From positions 24,924,001-24,988,000 of the forward strand of contig OZ024764.1 of the NCBI GenBank assembly GCA_964016885.1: 64,000 nucleotides of DNA. Direction: 5' to 3'. The stretch is from Eledone cirrhosa. Taxonomy: Eukaryota. Each line of letters opens with the position of its first letter. Within the stretch, counting starts at the first letter, position 1. A program made the translations under genes and the position numbers. This document shows positions 37,715 through 52,592 of the stretch, piece after piece. The notes under the pieces were generated by a model that was not told the origin of the DNA, made no database searches, and was given only the letters and a program-made list of their open reading frames with translations.

Positions 37715-40700
37715 TTTCCCTTTTATTTATATATCAGTCACCACCAGCTACTAAATAGCTTCTTATTGTTGACTAATCATTCAAAAAAATTCTTTTCATT
37801 GCTGGATCTTAACTTAATCTTGTGAGGGTTGTGAGAGCAGACACTTCAAGCACATCTTCCACTGGGTCCTATCAGAAGCAACTGTCTCCAATTGATCTGA
37901 CTGGATCCCCAAGCGAGACTAGCCAAGATCATGGATGCTACCCAACCATTTTGCTTGGGGTCCACCCCTGCGTCTTCTGTCAGTTGGTAAATTCTGTCTA
38001 GTGATTTTCTTTTTCTTCCCTTTTTCCTGAGACATTCTAACCACATGTCTGTAGTATCAGAGCTGTGATCTCTCAATTCAGAAATTCTTTCCTGAGACAT
38101 TCTAACCACATGTCTGTAGTATCTGAGCTGTGATCTCTCAATTCAGAGATTCTTTCCTGAGACATTCTAACCACATGACCATAGTATCAGAGCTGTGATC
38201 TCTCAATTCAGTGATTCTTTCCTGAGACATTCTAACCACATGACCATAGTATCAGAGCTGTGATCTCTCAATTCAGTGATTCTTTCCTGAGACATTCTAA
38301 CCACATGACCATAGTACCAGAGCTATGACAACTCAATTCTGAGATTCTTACCTGAGACATTCTAACCACATGTCTGTAATATCAGAGCTGTGATCTCTCA
38401 ATTCATAGATTCTTTCCTCAGACATTCTAACCACATGTCTGTAGTATCAGAGCTGTGATCTCTCAATTCATAGATTCTTCCCTGAGACATTCTAACCACA
38501 TGTCTGTAGTATCAGAGCTGTGATCTCTCAATTTGGAGAAGTAGTGGTTCTACATGAAAAGACTCTCTGATCTAGCTATGCACTCTATCATCGTCATCCA
38601 GTTGTTCATTATGAAGGACCCAATTAATCCCTAAGTAGAAGAGGGTCCTGCCAGACAGATCCTCTTAGTGTCCGACTCCATGTGATTCTGTCCACCAGTC
38701 TCACTTGGGCCAGGCCAGCCTAGCTTGAACTTGATGGACATCCTCCATCCAAGTCCTACCAGCCTCTTCCTGGGCCTCTGCTGCCTACCTCCAGAATCGA
38801 CATTAATCACTTTGCTAATCCAGCCCTCACTGTGCTCAACATGGCCATACCAGTGTCTTCTTGGGCCTCTACTGACTCTTGGGTTAACATCACTTTGCTA
38901 ATCCAGCCCTCACTACACTCTACATGGCCATACCAGTGTCTTCTTGGGCCTCGACTTACTCTTGGGTTAACATCACTTTGCTAATCCAGCCCTCACTACA
39001 CTCTACATGGCCATACCAGTGTCTTCTTGGGCCTCTACTGACTCTTGGGTTAACATCACTTTGCTAATCCAGCCCTCACTACACTCTACATGGCCATACC
39101 AGTGTCTTCTTGGGCCTCGACTTACTCTTCGGTTAACATCACTTTGCTAATCCAGCCCTCACTACACTCTACATGGCCATACCAGTGTCTTCTTGGGTCT
39201 CTACTGACTCTTGGGTTAACATCACTTTGCTAATCCAGCCCTCACTACACTCTACATGGCCATACCAGTGTCTTCTTGGGCCTCGACTTACTCTTGGGTT
39301 AACATCACTTTGCTAATCCAGCCCTCACTACACTCTACATGGCCATACCAGTGTCTTCTTGGGCCTCTACTGACTCTTGGGTTAACATCACTTTGCTAAT
39401 CCAGCCCTCACTACACTCTACATGGCCATACCAGTGTCTTCTTGGGCCTTTACTGACTCTTGGGTTGACATCACTTTGCTAATCCAGCCCTCACTACACT
39501 CTACATGGCCATACCAGTGTCTTCTTGGGTCTCTACTGACTCTTGGGTTAACATCACTTTGCTAATCCAGCCCTCACTACACTCTACATGGCCATACCAG
39601 TGTCTTCTTGGGCCTCGACTTACTCTTGGGTTAACATCACTTTGCTAATCCAGCCCTCACTACACTCTACATGGCCATACCAGTGTCTTCTTGGGCCTCG
39701 ACTTACTCTTGGGTTAACATCACTTTGCTAATCCAGCCCTCACTACACTCTACATGGCCATACCAGTGTCTTCTTGGGCCTCGACTTACTCTTGGGTTAA
39801 CATCACTTTGCTAATCCAGCCCTCACTACACTCTACATGGCCATACCAGTGTCTTCTTGGGCCTCGACTTACTCTTGGGTTAACATCACTTTGCTAATCC
39901 AGCCCTCACTACACTCAACATGACCATACCAGTGTCTTCTTGGGTCTCTACTGACTCTTGGATTGACATCACTTTGCTAATCCAGCCCTCACTACACTCT
40001 ACATGACCATACCTGTGTCTTCTTGGGTCTCTACTGACTCTTGGATTGACATCACTTTGCTAATCCAGCCCTCACTACACTCTACATGGCCATACCAGTG
40101 TCTTCTTGGGCCTCGACTTACTCTTGGGTTAACATCACTTTGCTAATCCAGCCCTCACTACACTCTACATGACCATACCAGTGTCTTCTTGGGTCTCTAC
40201 TGACTCTTGGGTTAACATCACTTTGCTAATCCAGCCCTCACTACACTCTACATGGCCATACCAGTGTTTTCTTGGCTCTCTACTGATTCTTGGGTTGAAA
40301 TCACTTTGCTAATCTAGCCCTCACTACACTCTACATGACCATACCTGTGTCTTCTTGGGTCTCTACTGACTCTTGGATTGACATCACTTTGCTAATCCAG
40401 CCCTCACTACACTCTACATGGCCATACCAGTGTCTTCTTGGGCCTCTACTGTTTCTTGGGTTGACATCACTTTGCTAATCCAGCACTCACTACACTCAAC
40501 ATGACCATACCAGTGTCTTTGTGGGCCTCTACTGACTCTTGGGTTAACATCACTTTGCTAATCCAGCCCTCACTACACTCAACATGACCATACCAGTGTC
40601 TTCTTGGGCCTCGACTTACTCTTCGGTTGACATCACTTTGCTAATCCAGCCCTCACTACACTCAACATGACCATACCAGTGTCTTCTTGGGCCTCGACTT

Positions 40701-43700
40701 ACTCTTGGGTTGACATCACTTTGCTAATCCAGCCCTCACTACACTCTACATGGCCATACCAGTGTCTTCTTGGGCCTCGACTTACTCTTGGGTTGACATC
40801 ACTTTGCTAATCCAGCCCTCACTACACTCTACATGGCCATACCAGTGTCTTTGTGGGCCTCTACTGACTCTTGGGTTAACATCACTTTGCTAATCCAGCC
40901 CTCACTACACTCAACATGACCATACCAGTGTCTTTTCCTTTTATTTATATATCAGTCACGACCAGCTACTAAATAGCTTCTTATTTATTGTTGACTAATC
41001 ACTCCAAAAAACTTCTTTTCATTGCTGGATATAGCCATTTACCCACTGAATCTTGTGAGGGTTGTGAGAGCAGACACTTCAAGCACCTCTTCCACTGGGT
41101 CCTATCAGAAGCAACTGTCTCCAATTGATCTGACTGGATCCCCAAGCGAGACTAGCCAAGATCGTGGATACTACCCAACCATTTTGCTTGGGGTCCACCC
41201 CTGCGTTTCTGTCAGTTGGTAAATTCTGTCTAGTGATTTTCTTTTTCTTCCCTTTTTCCTGAGACATTCTAACCACATGTCTGTAGTATCAGAGCTGTGA
41301 TCTCTCAATTCAGAAATTCTTTCCTGAGACATTCTAACCACATGTCTGTAGTATCTGAGCTGTGATCTCTCAATTCAGTGATTCTTTCCTGAGACATTCT
41401 AACCACATGACCATAGTATCAGAGCTATGATCACTCAATTCTGAGATTCTTACCTGAGACATTCTAACCACATGTCTGTAGTATCAGAGCTGTGATCTCT
41501 CAATTCATAGATTCTTTCCTCAGACATTCTAACCACATGTCTGTAGTATCAGAGCTGTGATCTCTCAATTCAGAGATTCTTTCCTCAGACATTCTAACCA
41601 CATGTCTGTAGTATCAGAGCTGTGATCTCTCAATTCAGAGATTCTTTCCTGCGACATTCTAACCACATGTCTGTAGTATCAGAGCTGTGATCTCTCAATT
41701 CAGAGATTCTTTCCTCAGACATTCTAACCACATGTCTGTAGTATCAGAGCTGTGATCTCTCAATTCAGAGATTCTTTCCTGAGACATTCTAACCACATGT
41801 CTGTAGTATCAGAGCTGTGATCTCTCAATTCAGAGATTATTTCCTCAGACATTCTAACCACATGTCTGTAGTATCAGAGCTGTGATCTCTCAATTCATAG
41901 ATTCTTTCCTGAGACATTCTAACCACATGTCTGTAGTATCAGAGCTGTGATCTCTCAATTCAGAGATTCTTTCCTGAGACATTCTAACCACATGTCTGTA
42001 GTATCAGAGCTGTGATCTCTCAATTCAGAGATTCTTTCCTGAGACATTCTAACCACATGTCTGTAGTATCAGAGCTGTGATCTCTCAATTCATAGATTCT
42101 TTCCTCAGACATTCTAACCACATGTCTGTAGTATCAGAGCTGTGATCTCTCAATTCAGAGATTCTTTCCTCAGACATTCTAACCACATGTCTGTAATATC
42201 AGAGCTGTGATCTCTCAATTCAGAGATTCTTTCCTGCGACATTCTAACCACATGTCTGTAGTATCAGAGCCGTGATCTCTCAATTCAGAGATTCTTTCCT
42301 GAGACATTCTAACCACATGTCTGTAGTATCAGAGCTGTGATCTCTCAATTCAGAGATTCTTTCCTGAGACATTCTAACCACATGTCTGTAGTATCAGAGC
42401 TGTGATCTCTCAATTCATAGATTCTTTCCTCAGACATTCTAACCACATGTCTGTAGTATCAGAGCTGTGATCTCTCAATTCAGAGATTCTTTCCTGCGAC
42501 ATTCTAACCACATGTCTGTAGTATCAGAGCTGTGATCTCTCAATTCATAGATTCTTTCCTGAGACATTCTAACCACATGTCTGTAGTATCAGAGCTGTGA
42601 TCTCTCAATTCAGAGATTCTTTCCTGAGACATTCTAACCACATGTCTGTAGTATCAGAGCTGTGATCTCTCAATTCAGAGATTCTTTCCTGAGACATTCT
42701 AACCACATGTCTGTAGTATCAGAGCTGTGATCTCTCAATTCATAGATTCTTTCCTCAGACATTCTAACCACATGTCTGTAGTATCAGAGCTGTGATCTCT
42801 CAATTCAGAGATTCTTTCCTCAGACATTCTAACCACATGTCTGTAATATCAGAGCTGTGATCTCTCAATTCATAGATTCTTTCCTCAGACATTCTAACCA
42901 CATGTCTGTAGTATCAGAGCTGTGATCTCTCAATTCATAGATTCTTTCCTCAGACATTCTAACCACATGTCTGTAGTATCAGAGCTGTGATCTCTCAATT
43001 CAGAGATTCTTTCCTCAGACATTCTAACCACATGTCTGTAATATCAGAGCTGTGATCTCTCAATTCAGAGATTCTTTCCTGCGACATTCTAACCACATGT
43101 CTGTAGTATCAGAGCTGTGATCTCTCAATTCAGAGATTCTTTCCTGAGACATTCTAACCACATGTCTGTAGTATCAGAGCTGTGATCTCTCAATTCAGAA
43201 ATTCTTTCCTGAGACATTCTAACCACATGTCTGTAGTATCAGAGCTGTGATCTCTCAATTCATAGATTCTTTCCTCAGACATTCTAACCACATGTCTGTA
43301 GTATCAGAGCTGTGATCTCTCAATTCAGAGATTCTTTCCTGCGACATTCTAACCACATGTCTGTAGTATCAGAGCTGTGATCTCTCAATTCAGAGATTCT
43401 TTCCTGAGACATTCTAACCACATGTCTGTAGTATCAGAGCTGTGATCTCTCAATTTGGAGAAGTAGTGGTTCTACATGAAAAGACTCTCTGATCTAGCTA
43501 TGCACTCTATCATCATCATCCAGTTGTTCATTATGAAGGACCCAATTAATCCCTAAGTAGAAGAGGGTCCTGCCAGACAGATCCTCTTAGTGTCCGACTC
43601 CATGTGACTCTGTCCACCAGTCTCACTTGGGCCAGGCCAGCCTAGCTTGAACTTGATGGACATCCACCATCCAAGTCCTACCAGCCTCTTCCTGGGCCTC

Positions 43701-46700
43701 TGCTGCCTACCTCCAGAATCGACATTAATCACTTTGCTAATCCAGCCCTCACTACACTCTACATGGCCATACCAGTGTCTTCTTGGGCCTCGAGTTACTC
43801 TTCGGTTGACATCACTTTGCTAATCCAGCCCTCACTACACTCAACATGACCATACCAGTGTCTTCTTGGGTCTCTACTGACTCTTGGATTGACATCACTT
43901 TGCTAATCCAGCCCTCACTACACTCTACATGGCCATACCAGTGTCTTCTTGGGTCTCTACTGACTCTTGGGTTAACATCACTTTGCTAATCCAGCCCTCA
44001 CTACACTCTACATGGCCATACCAGTGTCTTCTTGGGCCTCGACTTACTCTTCGGTTAACATCACTTTGCTAATCCAGCCCTCACTACACTCAACATGGCC
44101 ATACCAGTGTCTTCTTGGGTCTCTACTGACTCTTGGGTTAACATCACCTTGCTAATCCAGCCCTCACTACACTCTACATGGCCATACCAGTGTCTTCTTG
44201 GGCCTCGACTTACTCTTGGGCTAACATCACTTTGCTAATCCAGCCCTCACTACACTCTACATGGCCATACCAGTGTCTTCTTGGGCCTCGACTTACTCTT
44301 GGGCTAACATCACTTTGCTAATCCAGCCCTCACTACACTCTACATGGCCATACCAGTGTCTTCTTGGGCCTCGACTTACTCTTGGGCTAACATCACTTTG
44401 CTAATCCAGCCCTCACTACACTCTACATGGCCATACCAGTGCCTTCTTGGACCTCTACTGACTCTTGGGTTAACACCACTTTGCTAATCCAGCCCTCACT
44501 ACACTCTACATGGCCATACCAGTGTCTTCTTGGGCCTCGACTTACTCTTGGGTTGAAATCACTTTGCTAATCCAGCCCTCACTACACTCTACATGGCCAT
44601 ACCAGTGTTTTCTTGGCTCTCTACTGACTCTTGGATTGACATCACTTTGCTAATCCAGCCCACACTACACTCTACATGGCCATACCAGTGTCTTCTTGGG
44701 CCTCTACTGTTTCTTGGGTTGACATCACTTTGCTAATCCAGCACTCACTACACTCAACATGACCATACCAGTGTCTTTGTGGGCCTCTACTGACTCTTGG
44801 GTTAACATCACTTTGCTAATCCAGCCCTCACTACACTCTACATGGCCATACCAGTGTCTTCTTGGACCTCTACTGACTCTTGGGCTAACATCACTTTGCT
44901 AATCCAGCCCTCACTACACTCAACATGACCATACCAGTGTCTTTCCCTTTTATTTATATATCAGTCACGACCAGCTACTAAATAGCTTCTTATTTATTGT
45001 TGACTAATCACTCCAAAAAACTTCTTTTCATTGCTGGATATAGCCATTTACCCACTGAATCTTGTGAGGGTTGTGAGAGCAGACACTTCAAGCACCTCTT
45101 CCACTGGGTCCTATCAGAAGCAACTGTCTCCAATTGATCTGACTGGATCCCCAAGCGAGACTAGCCAAGATCGAGAATACTACCCAACCATTTTGCTTGG
45201 GGTCCACCCCTGCGTCTTCTGTCAGTTGGTAAATTCTGTCTAGTGATTTTCTTTTTCTTCTCTTTTTCCTCAGACATTCTAACCACATGTCTGTAGTATC
45301 AGAGCTGTGATATCTCAATTCTGAGATTCTTTCCTGAGACATTCTAACCACATGTCTGTAGTATCAGAGCTGTGATCTCTCAATTCTGAGATTCTTACCT
45401 GAGACATTCTAACCACATGTCAGTAGTATCAGAGCTGTGATCTCTCAATACAGAGATTCTTTCCTGAGACATTCTAACCACATGTCTGTAGTATCAGAGC
45501 TGTGATCTCTCAATTCATAGATTCTTTCCTGAGACATTCTAACCACATGTCTGGCGTATCAGAGCTGTGATCTCTCAATTCAGAGATTCTTTCCTCAGAC
45601 ATTCTAAGCACATGTCTGTAGTATCAGAGCTGTGATCTCTCAATTCAGAGATTCTTACCTGAGACATTCTAACCACATGTCTGTAGTATCAGAGCTGTGA
45701 TCTCTCAATTCAGAGATTCTTTCCTCAGATATTTAACCACATGTCTGTAGTATCAGAGCTGTGATCTCACAATTCAGAGATTCTTTCCTCAGATATTTAA
45801 CCACATGTCTGTAGTATCAGAGCTGTGATCTCTCAATTCAGAGATTCTTTCCTCAGATATTCTAACCACATGTCTGTAGTATCAGAGCTGTGATCTCTCA
45901 ATTCAGAGATTCTTTCCTGAGACATTCTAACCTCATGTCTGTAGTATCAGAGCTGTGATCTCTCAATTCAGAGATTCTTTTCTGAGACATTCTAACCACA
46001 TGTCTGTAGTATCAGAGCTGTGATCTCTCAATTCAGAGATTCTTTCCTCAGACATTCTAACCACATGTCTGTAGTATCAGAGCTGTGATCTCTCAATTTA
46101 GAGATTCTTACCTGAGACATTCTAACCACATGTCTGTAGTATCAGAGCTGTGATCTCTCAATTCAGAGATTCTTTCCTTAGATATTTAACCACATGTCTG
46201 TAGTATCAGAGCTGTGATCTCTCAATTCAGAGATTCTTTCCTCAGATATTTAACCACATGTCTGTAGTATCAGAGCTGTGATCTCTCAATTCAGAGATTC
46301 TTTCCTCAGATATTCTAACCACATGTCTGTAGTATCAGAGCTGTGATCTCTCAATTCAGAGATTCTTTCCTCAGATATTTAACCACATGTCTGTAGTATC
46401 AGAGCTGTGATCTCTCAATTCAGAGATTCTTTCCTGAGACATTCTAACCTCATGTCTGTAGTATCAGAGCTGTGATCTCTCAATTCAGAGATTCTTTTCT
46501 GAGACATTCTAACCACATGTCTGTAGTATCAGAGCTGTGATCTCTCAATTCAGAGATTCTTTCCTCAGATATTTAACCACATGTCTGTAGTATCAGAGCT
46601 GTGATCTCTCAATTCAGAGATTCTTTCCTCAGATATTTAACCACATGTCTGTAGTATCAGAGCTGTGATCTCTCAATTCAGAGATTCTTTCCTGAGACAT

Positions 46701-49700
46701 TCTAACCTCATGTCTGTAGTATCAGAGCTGTGATCTCTCAATTCAGAGATTCTTTTCTGAGACATTCTAACCACATGTCTGTAGTATCAGAGCTGTGATC
46801 TCTCAATTCAGAGATTCTTACCTGAGACATTCTAACCACATGTCTGTAGTATCAGAGCTGTGATCTCTCAATTCAGAGATTCTTTCCTGAGACATTCTAA
46901 CCACATGTCTGTAGTATCAGAGCTGTGATCTCTCAATTCAGAGATTCTTTCCTCAGATATTTAACCACATGTCTGTAGTATCAGAGCTGTGATCTCTCAA
47001 TTCAGAGATTCTTTCCTGAGACATTCTAACCACATGTCTGTAGTATCAGAGCTGTGATCTCTCAATTCAGAGATTATTTCCTCAGACATTCTAACCACAT
47101 GTCTGTAGTATCAGAGCTGTGATCTCTCAATCCAGAGATTCTTTCCTCAGACATTCTACCCACATGTCTGTAGTATCAGAGCTGTGATCTCTCAATTCAG
47201 AGATTCTTTTCTGAGACATTCTAACCACATGTCTGTAGTATCAGAGCTGTGATCTCTCAATTCAGAGATTCTTACCTGAGACATTCTAACCACATGTCTG
47301 TAGTATCAGAGCTGTGATCTCTCAATTCAGAGATTCTTTCCTGAGACATTCTAACCACATGTCTGTAGTATCAGAGCTGTGATCTCTCAATTCAGAGATT
47401 CTTTCCTCAGATATTTAACCACATGTCTGTAGTATCAGAGCTGTGATCTCTCAATTCAGAGATTCTTTCCTGAGACATTCTAACCACATGTCTGTAGTAT
47501 CAGAGCTGTGATCTCTCAATTCAGAGATTATTTCCTCAGACATTCTAACCACATGTCTGTAGTATCAGAGCTGTGATCTCTCAATCCAGAGATTCTTTCC
47601 TCAGACATTCTACCCACATGTCTGTAGTATCAGAGCTGTGATCTCTCAATTCAGAGATTCTTTCCTCAGACATTCTAACCACATGTCTGTAGTATCAGAG
47701 CTGTGATCTCTCAATTCAGAGATTCTTTCCTCAGACATTCTAACCACATGTCTGTAGTATCAGAGCTGTGATCTCTCAATTTAGAGATTCTTACCTGAGA
47801 CATTCTAACCACATGTCTGTAGTATCAGAGCTGTGATCTCTCAATTCAGAGATTCTTTCCTTAGATATTTAACCACATGTCTGTAGTATCAGAGCTGTGA
47901 TCTCTCAATTCAGAGATTCTTTCCTGAGACATTCTAACCTCATGTCTGTAGTATCAGAGCTGTGATCTCTCAATTCAGAGATTCTTTTCTGAGACATTCT
48001 AACCACATGTCTGTAGTATCAGAGCTGTGATCTCTCAATTCAGAGATTCTTTCCTCAGATATTTAACCACATGTCTGTAGTATCAGAGCTGTGATCTCTC
48101 AATTCAGAGATTCTTTCCTCAGATATTTAACCACATGTCTGTAGTATCAGAGCTGTGATCTCTCAATTCAGAGATTCTTTCCTGAGACATTCTAACCTCA
48201 TGTCTGTAGTATCAGAGCTGTGATCTCTCAATTCAGAGATTCTTTTCTGAGACATTCTAACCACATGTCTGTAGTATCAGAGCTGTGATCTCTCAATTCA
48301 GAGATTCTTACCTGAGACATTCTAACCACATGTCTGTAGTATCAGAGCTGTGATCTCTCAATTCAGAGATTCTTTCCTGAGACATTCTAACCACATGTCT
48401 GTAGTATCAGAGCTGTGATCTCTCAATTCAGAGATTCTTTCCTCAGATATTTAACCACATGTCTGTAGTATCAGAGCTGTGATCTCTCAATTCAGAGATT
48501 CTTTCCTGAGACATTCTAACCACATGTCTGTAGTATCAGAGCTGTGATCTCTCAATTCAGAGATTATTTCCTCAGACATTCTAACCACATGTCTGTAGTA
48601 TCAGAGCTGTGATCTCTCAATCCAGAGATTCTTTCCTCAGACATTCTACCCACATGTCTGTAGTATCAGAGCTGTGATCTCTCAATTCAGAGATTCTTTC
48701 CTGAGACATTCTAACCACATGTCTGTAGTATCAGAGCTGTGATCTCTCAATTCAGAGATTCTCTCCTGAAACATTCTAACCACATGTCTGTAGTATCAGA
48801 GCTGTGATCTCTCAATTCAGAGATTCTTTCCTGAGGCATTCTAACCACATGTCTGTAGTATCAGAGCTGTGATCTCTCAATTCAGAGATTCTTTCCTCAG
48901 ATATTTAACCACATGTCTGTAGTATCAGAGCTGTGATCTCTCAATTCAGAGATTCTTTCCTCAGATATTTAACCACATGTCTGTAGTATCAGAGCTGTGA
49001 TCTCTCAATTCAGAGATTCTTTCCTGAGACATTCTAACCTCATGTCTGTAGTATCAGAGCTGTGATCTCTCAATTCAGAGATTCTTTTCTGAGACATTCT
49101 AACCACATGTCTGTAGTATCAGAGCTGTGATCTCTCAATTCAGAGATTCTTACCTGAGACATTCTAACCACATGTCTGTAGTATCAGAGCTGTGATCTCT
49201 CAATTCAGAGATTCTTTCCTGAGACATTCTAACCACATGTCTGTAGTATCAGAGCTGTGATCTCTCAATTCAGAGATTCTTTCCTCAGATATTTAACCAC
49301 ATGTCTGTAGTATCAGAGCTGTGATCTCTCAATTCAGAGATTCTTTCCTGAGACATTCTAACCTCATGTCTGTAGTATCAGAGCTGTGATCTCTCAATTC
49401 AGAGATTCTTTTCTGAGACATTCTAACCACATGTCTGTAGTATCAGAGCTGTGATCTCTCAATTCAGAGATTCTTTCCTCAGATATTTAACCACATGTCT
49501 GTAGTATCAGAGCTGTGATCTCTCAATTCAGAGATTCTTTCCTCAGATATTTAACCACATGTCTGTAGTATCAGAGCTGTGATCTCTCAATTCAGAGATT
49601 CTTTCCTGAGACATTCTAACCTCATGTCTGTAGTATCAGAGCTGTGATCTCTCAATTCAGAGATTCTTTTCTGAGACATTCTAACCACATGTCTGTAGTA

Positions 49701-51900
49701 TCAGAGCTGTGATCTCTCAATTCAGAGATTCTTACCTGAGACTTTCTAACCACATGTCTGTAGTATCAGAGCTGTGATCTCTCAATTCAGAGATTCTTTC
49801 CTGAGACATTCTAACCACATGTCTGTAGTATCAGAGCTGTGATCTCTCAATTCAGAGATTCTTTCCTCAGATATTTAACCACATGTCTGTAGTATCAGAG
49901 CTGTGATCTCTCAATTCAGAGATTCTTTCCTGAGACATTCTAACCACATGTCTGTAGTATCAGAGCTGTGATCTCTCAATTCAGAGATTATTTCCTCAGA
50001 CATTCTAACCACATGTCTGTAGTATCAGAGCTGTGATCTCTCAATCCAGAGATTCTTTCCTCAGACATTCTACCCACATGTCTGTAGTATCAGAGCTGTG
50101 ATCTCTCAATTCAGAGATTCTTTCCTCAGACATTCTAACCACATGTCTGTAGTATCAGAGCTGTGATCTCTCAATTCAGAGATTCTCTCCTGAAACATTC
50201 TAACCACATGTCTGTAGTATCAGAGCTGTGATCTCTCAATTCAGAGATTCTTTCCTGAGGCATTCTAACCACATGTCTGTAGTATCAGAGCTGTGATCTC
50301 TCAATTCAGAGATTCTTTCCTCAGATATTTAACCACATGTCTGTAGTATCAGAGCTGTGATCTCTCAATTCAGAGATTCTTTCCTCAGATATTTAACCAC
50401 ATGTCTGTAGTATCAGAGCTGTGATCTCTCAATTCAGAGATTCTTTCCTGAGACATTCTAACCTCATGTCTGTAGTATCAGAGCTGTGATCTCTCAATTC
50501 AGAGATTCTTTTCTGAGACATTCTAACCACATGTCTGTAGTATCAGAGCTGTGATCTCTCAATTCAGAGATTCTTACCTGAGACATTCTAACCACATGTC
50601 TGTAGTATCAGAGCTGTGATCTCTCAATTCAGAGATTCTTTCCTGAGACATTCTAACCACATGTCTGTAGTATCAGAGCTGTGATCTCTCAATTCAGAGA
50701 TTCTTTCCTCAGATATTTAACCACATGTCTGTAGTATCAGAGCTGTGATCTCTCAATTCAGAGATTCTTTCCTGAGACATTCTAACCACATGTCTGTAGT
50801 ATCAGAGCTGTGATCTCTCAATTCAGAGATTATTTCCTCAGACATTCTAACCACATGTCTGTAGTATCAGAGCTGTGATCTCTCAATCCAGAGATTCTTT
50901 CCTCAGACATTCTACCCACATGTCTGTAGTATCAGAGCTGTGATCTCTCAATTCAGAGATTCTTTCCTCAGACATTCTAACCACATGTCTGTAGTATCAG
51001 AGCTGTGATCTCTCAATTCAGAGATTCTCTCCTGAAACATTCTAACCACATGTCTGTAGTATCAGAGCTGTGATCTCTCAATTCAGAGATTCTTTCCTGA
51101 GGCATTCTAACCACATGTCTGTAGTATCAGAGCTGTGATCTCTCAATTCAGAGATTCTTTCCTGAGGCATTCTAACCATATGTCTGTAGTATCAGAGCTG
51201 TGATCTCTCAATTCAGAGATTCTTTCCTCAGATATTTAACCACATGTCTGTAGTATCAGAGCTGTGATCTCTCAATTCAGAGATTCTTTCCTGAGACATT
51301 CTAACCACATGTCTGTAGTATCAGAGCTGTGATCTCTCAATTCAGAGATTCTTTCCTGAGACATTCTAACCACATGTCTGTAGTATCAGAGCTGTGATCT
51401 CTCAATTCAGAGATTCTTTCCTCAGATATTTAACCACATGTCTGTAGTATCAGAGCTGTGATCTCTCAATTCAGAGATTCTTTCCTGAGACATTCTAACC
51501 ACATGTCTGTAGTATCAGAGCTGTGATCTCTCAATTCAGAGATTCTTTCCTCAGATATTTAACCACATGTCTGTAGTATCAGAGCTGTGATCTCTCAATT
51601 CAGAGATTCTTTCCTGAGACATTCTAACCACATGTCTGTAGTATCAGAGCTGTGATCTCTCAATTCAGAGATTATTTCCTCAGACATTCTAACCACATGT
51701 CTGTAGTATCAGAGCTGTGATCTCTCAATCCAGAGATTCTTTCCTCAGACATTCTAACCACATGTCTGTAGTATCAGAGCTGTGATCTCTCAATTCAGAG
51801 ATTCTTTCCTGAGACATTCTAACCACATGTCTGTAGTATCAGAGCTGTGATCTCTCAATTCAGAGTAGCAGCTCAACCTGGAGCCACTCTCTGATGTTTC
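37715..51900 (-). repeat. Compound macro-repeat: [spacer A - 65-bp array - spacer B - 83-bp array] x2.5, built from RTE LINE 3' fragments
   Basis: Spacer A starts at ~37715, 40934 and 44942; spacer B at ~38533 and 43455. The 65-bp arrays span 38026-38533, 41258-43455 and 45268-51865; the 83-bp arrays span 38805-40933 and 43727-44941. Confidence 0.9.
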
Positions 51901-52057
51901 ACAAGCGATAAAAGAAAAATCGTATAGAAAATTCCGAGAAGGGGAAGCACATCTACCTCACTCCTACGTTTTCCTGGGTAAAAGGTCGATTGCGAGCATA
52001 TTGGAGATTAGCTTAGTTGATAGCACATGAAAAGATCGAGTAGAAAAATGCTTCTTA

Positions 52058-52592
52058 CCAGGTACCCCTCATGGGTATCACCTGACACCTCAGTAAGGTG
52101 AAGTTAAGGTGCTGAAATAACCAGGTACCCTCATGGGTATCACATGACACCTCAGTAAGGTGAGACTAAGGTGCTGAAATAACCAGGTACCCTCACGAGT
52201 ATCACCTGACACCTCAGTAAGGTGAGACTAAGGTGCTGAAATAACCAGGTACCCTCACGAGTATCACCTGACACCTCAGTAAGGTGAGACTAAGGTGCTG
52301 AAATAACCAGGTACCCCTCACGGGTATCACCTGACACCTCAGTAAGGTGAGACTAAGGTGCTGAAATAACCACGTACCCTCACGGGTATCACCTGACACC
52401 TCAGTAAGGTGAGACTAAGGTGCTGAAATAACCAGGTACCCTCATGGGTTTCACCTGACACCTCAGTAAGGTGAGACTAAGGTGCTGAAATAACCAGGTA
52501 CCCTCATGGGTATCACCTGACACCTCAGTAAGGTGAGACTAAGGTGCTGAAATAACCAGGTACCCTCACGAGTATCACCTGACACCTCAGGT
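52058..52592. repeat. 62-bp minisatellite, ~8.5 units
   Basis: Unit ccaggtaccctcacgagtatcacctgacacctcagtaaggtgagactaaggtgctgaaataa (52121 to 52183). Confidence 0.95.

Noticed and set aside
37715-52592. CRISPR-like appearance of regular repeats
   Set aside because: Units are contiguous tandem copies without unique spacers, there are no cas genes, and the context is eukaryotic.
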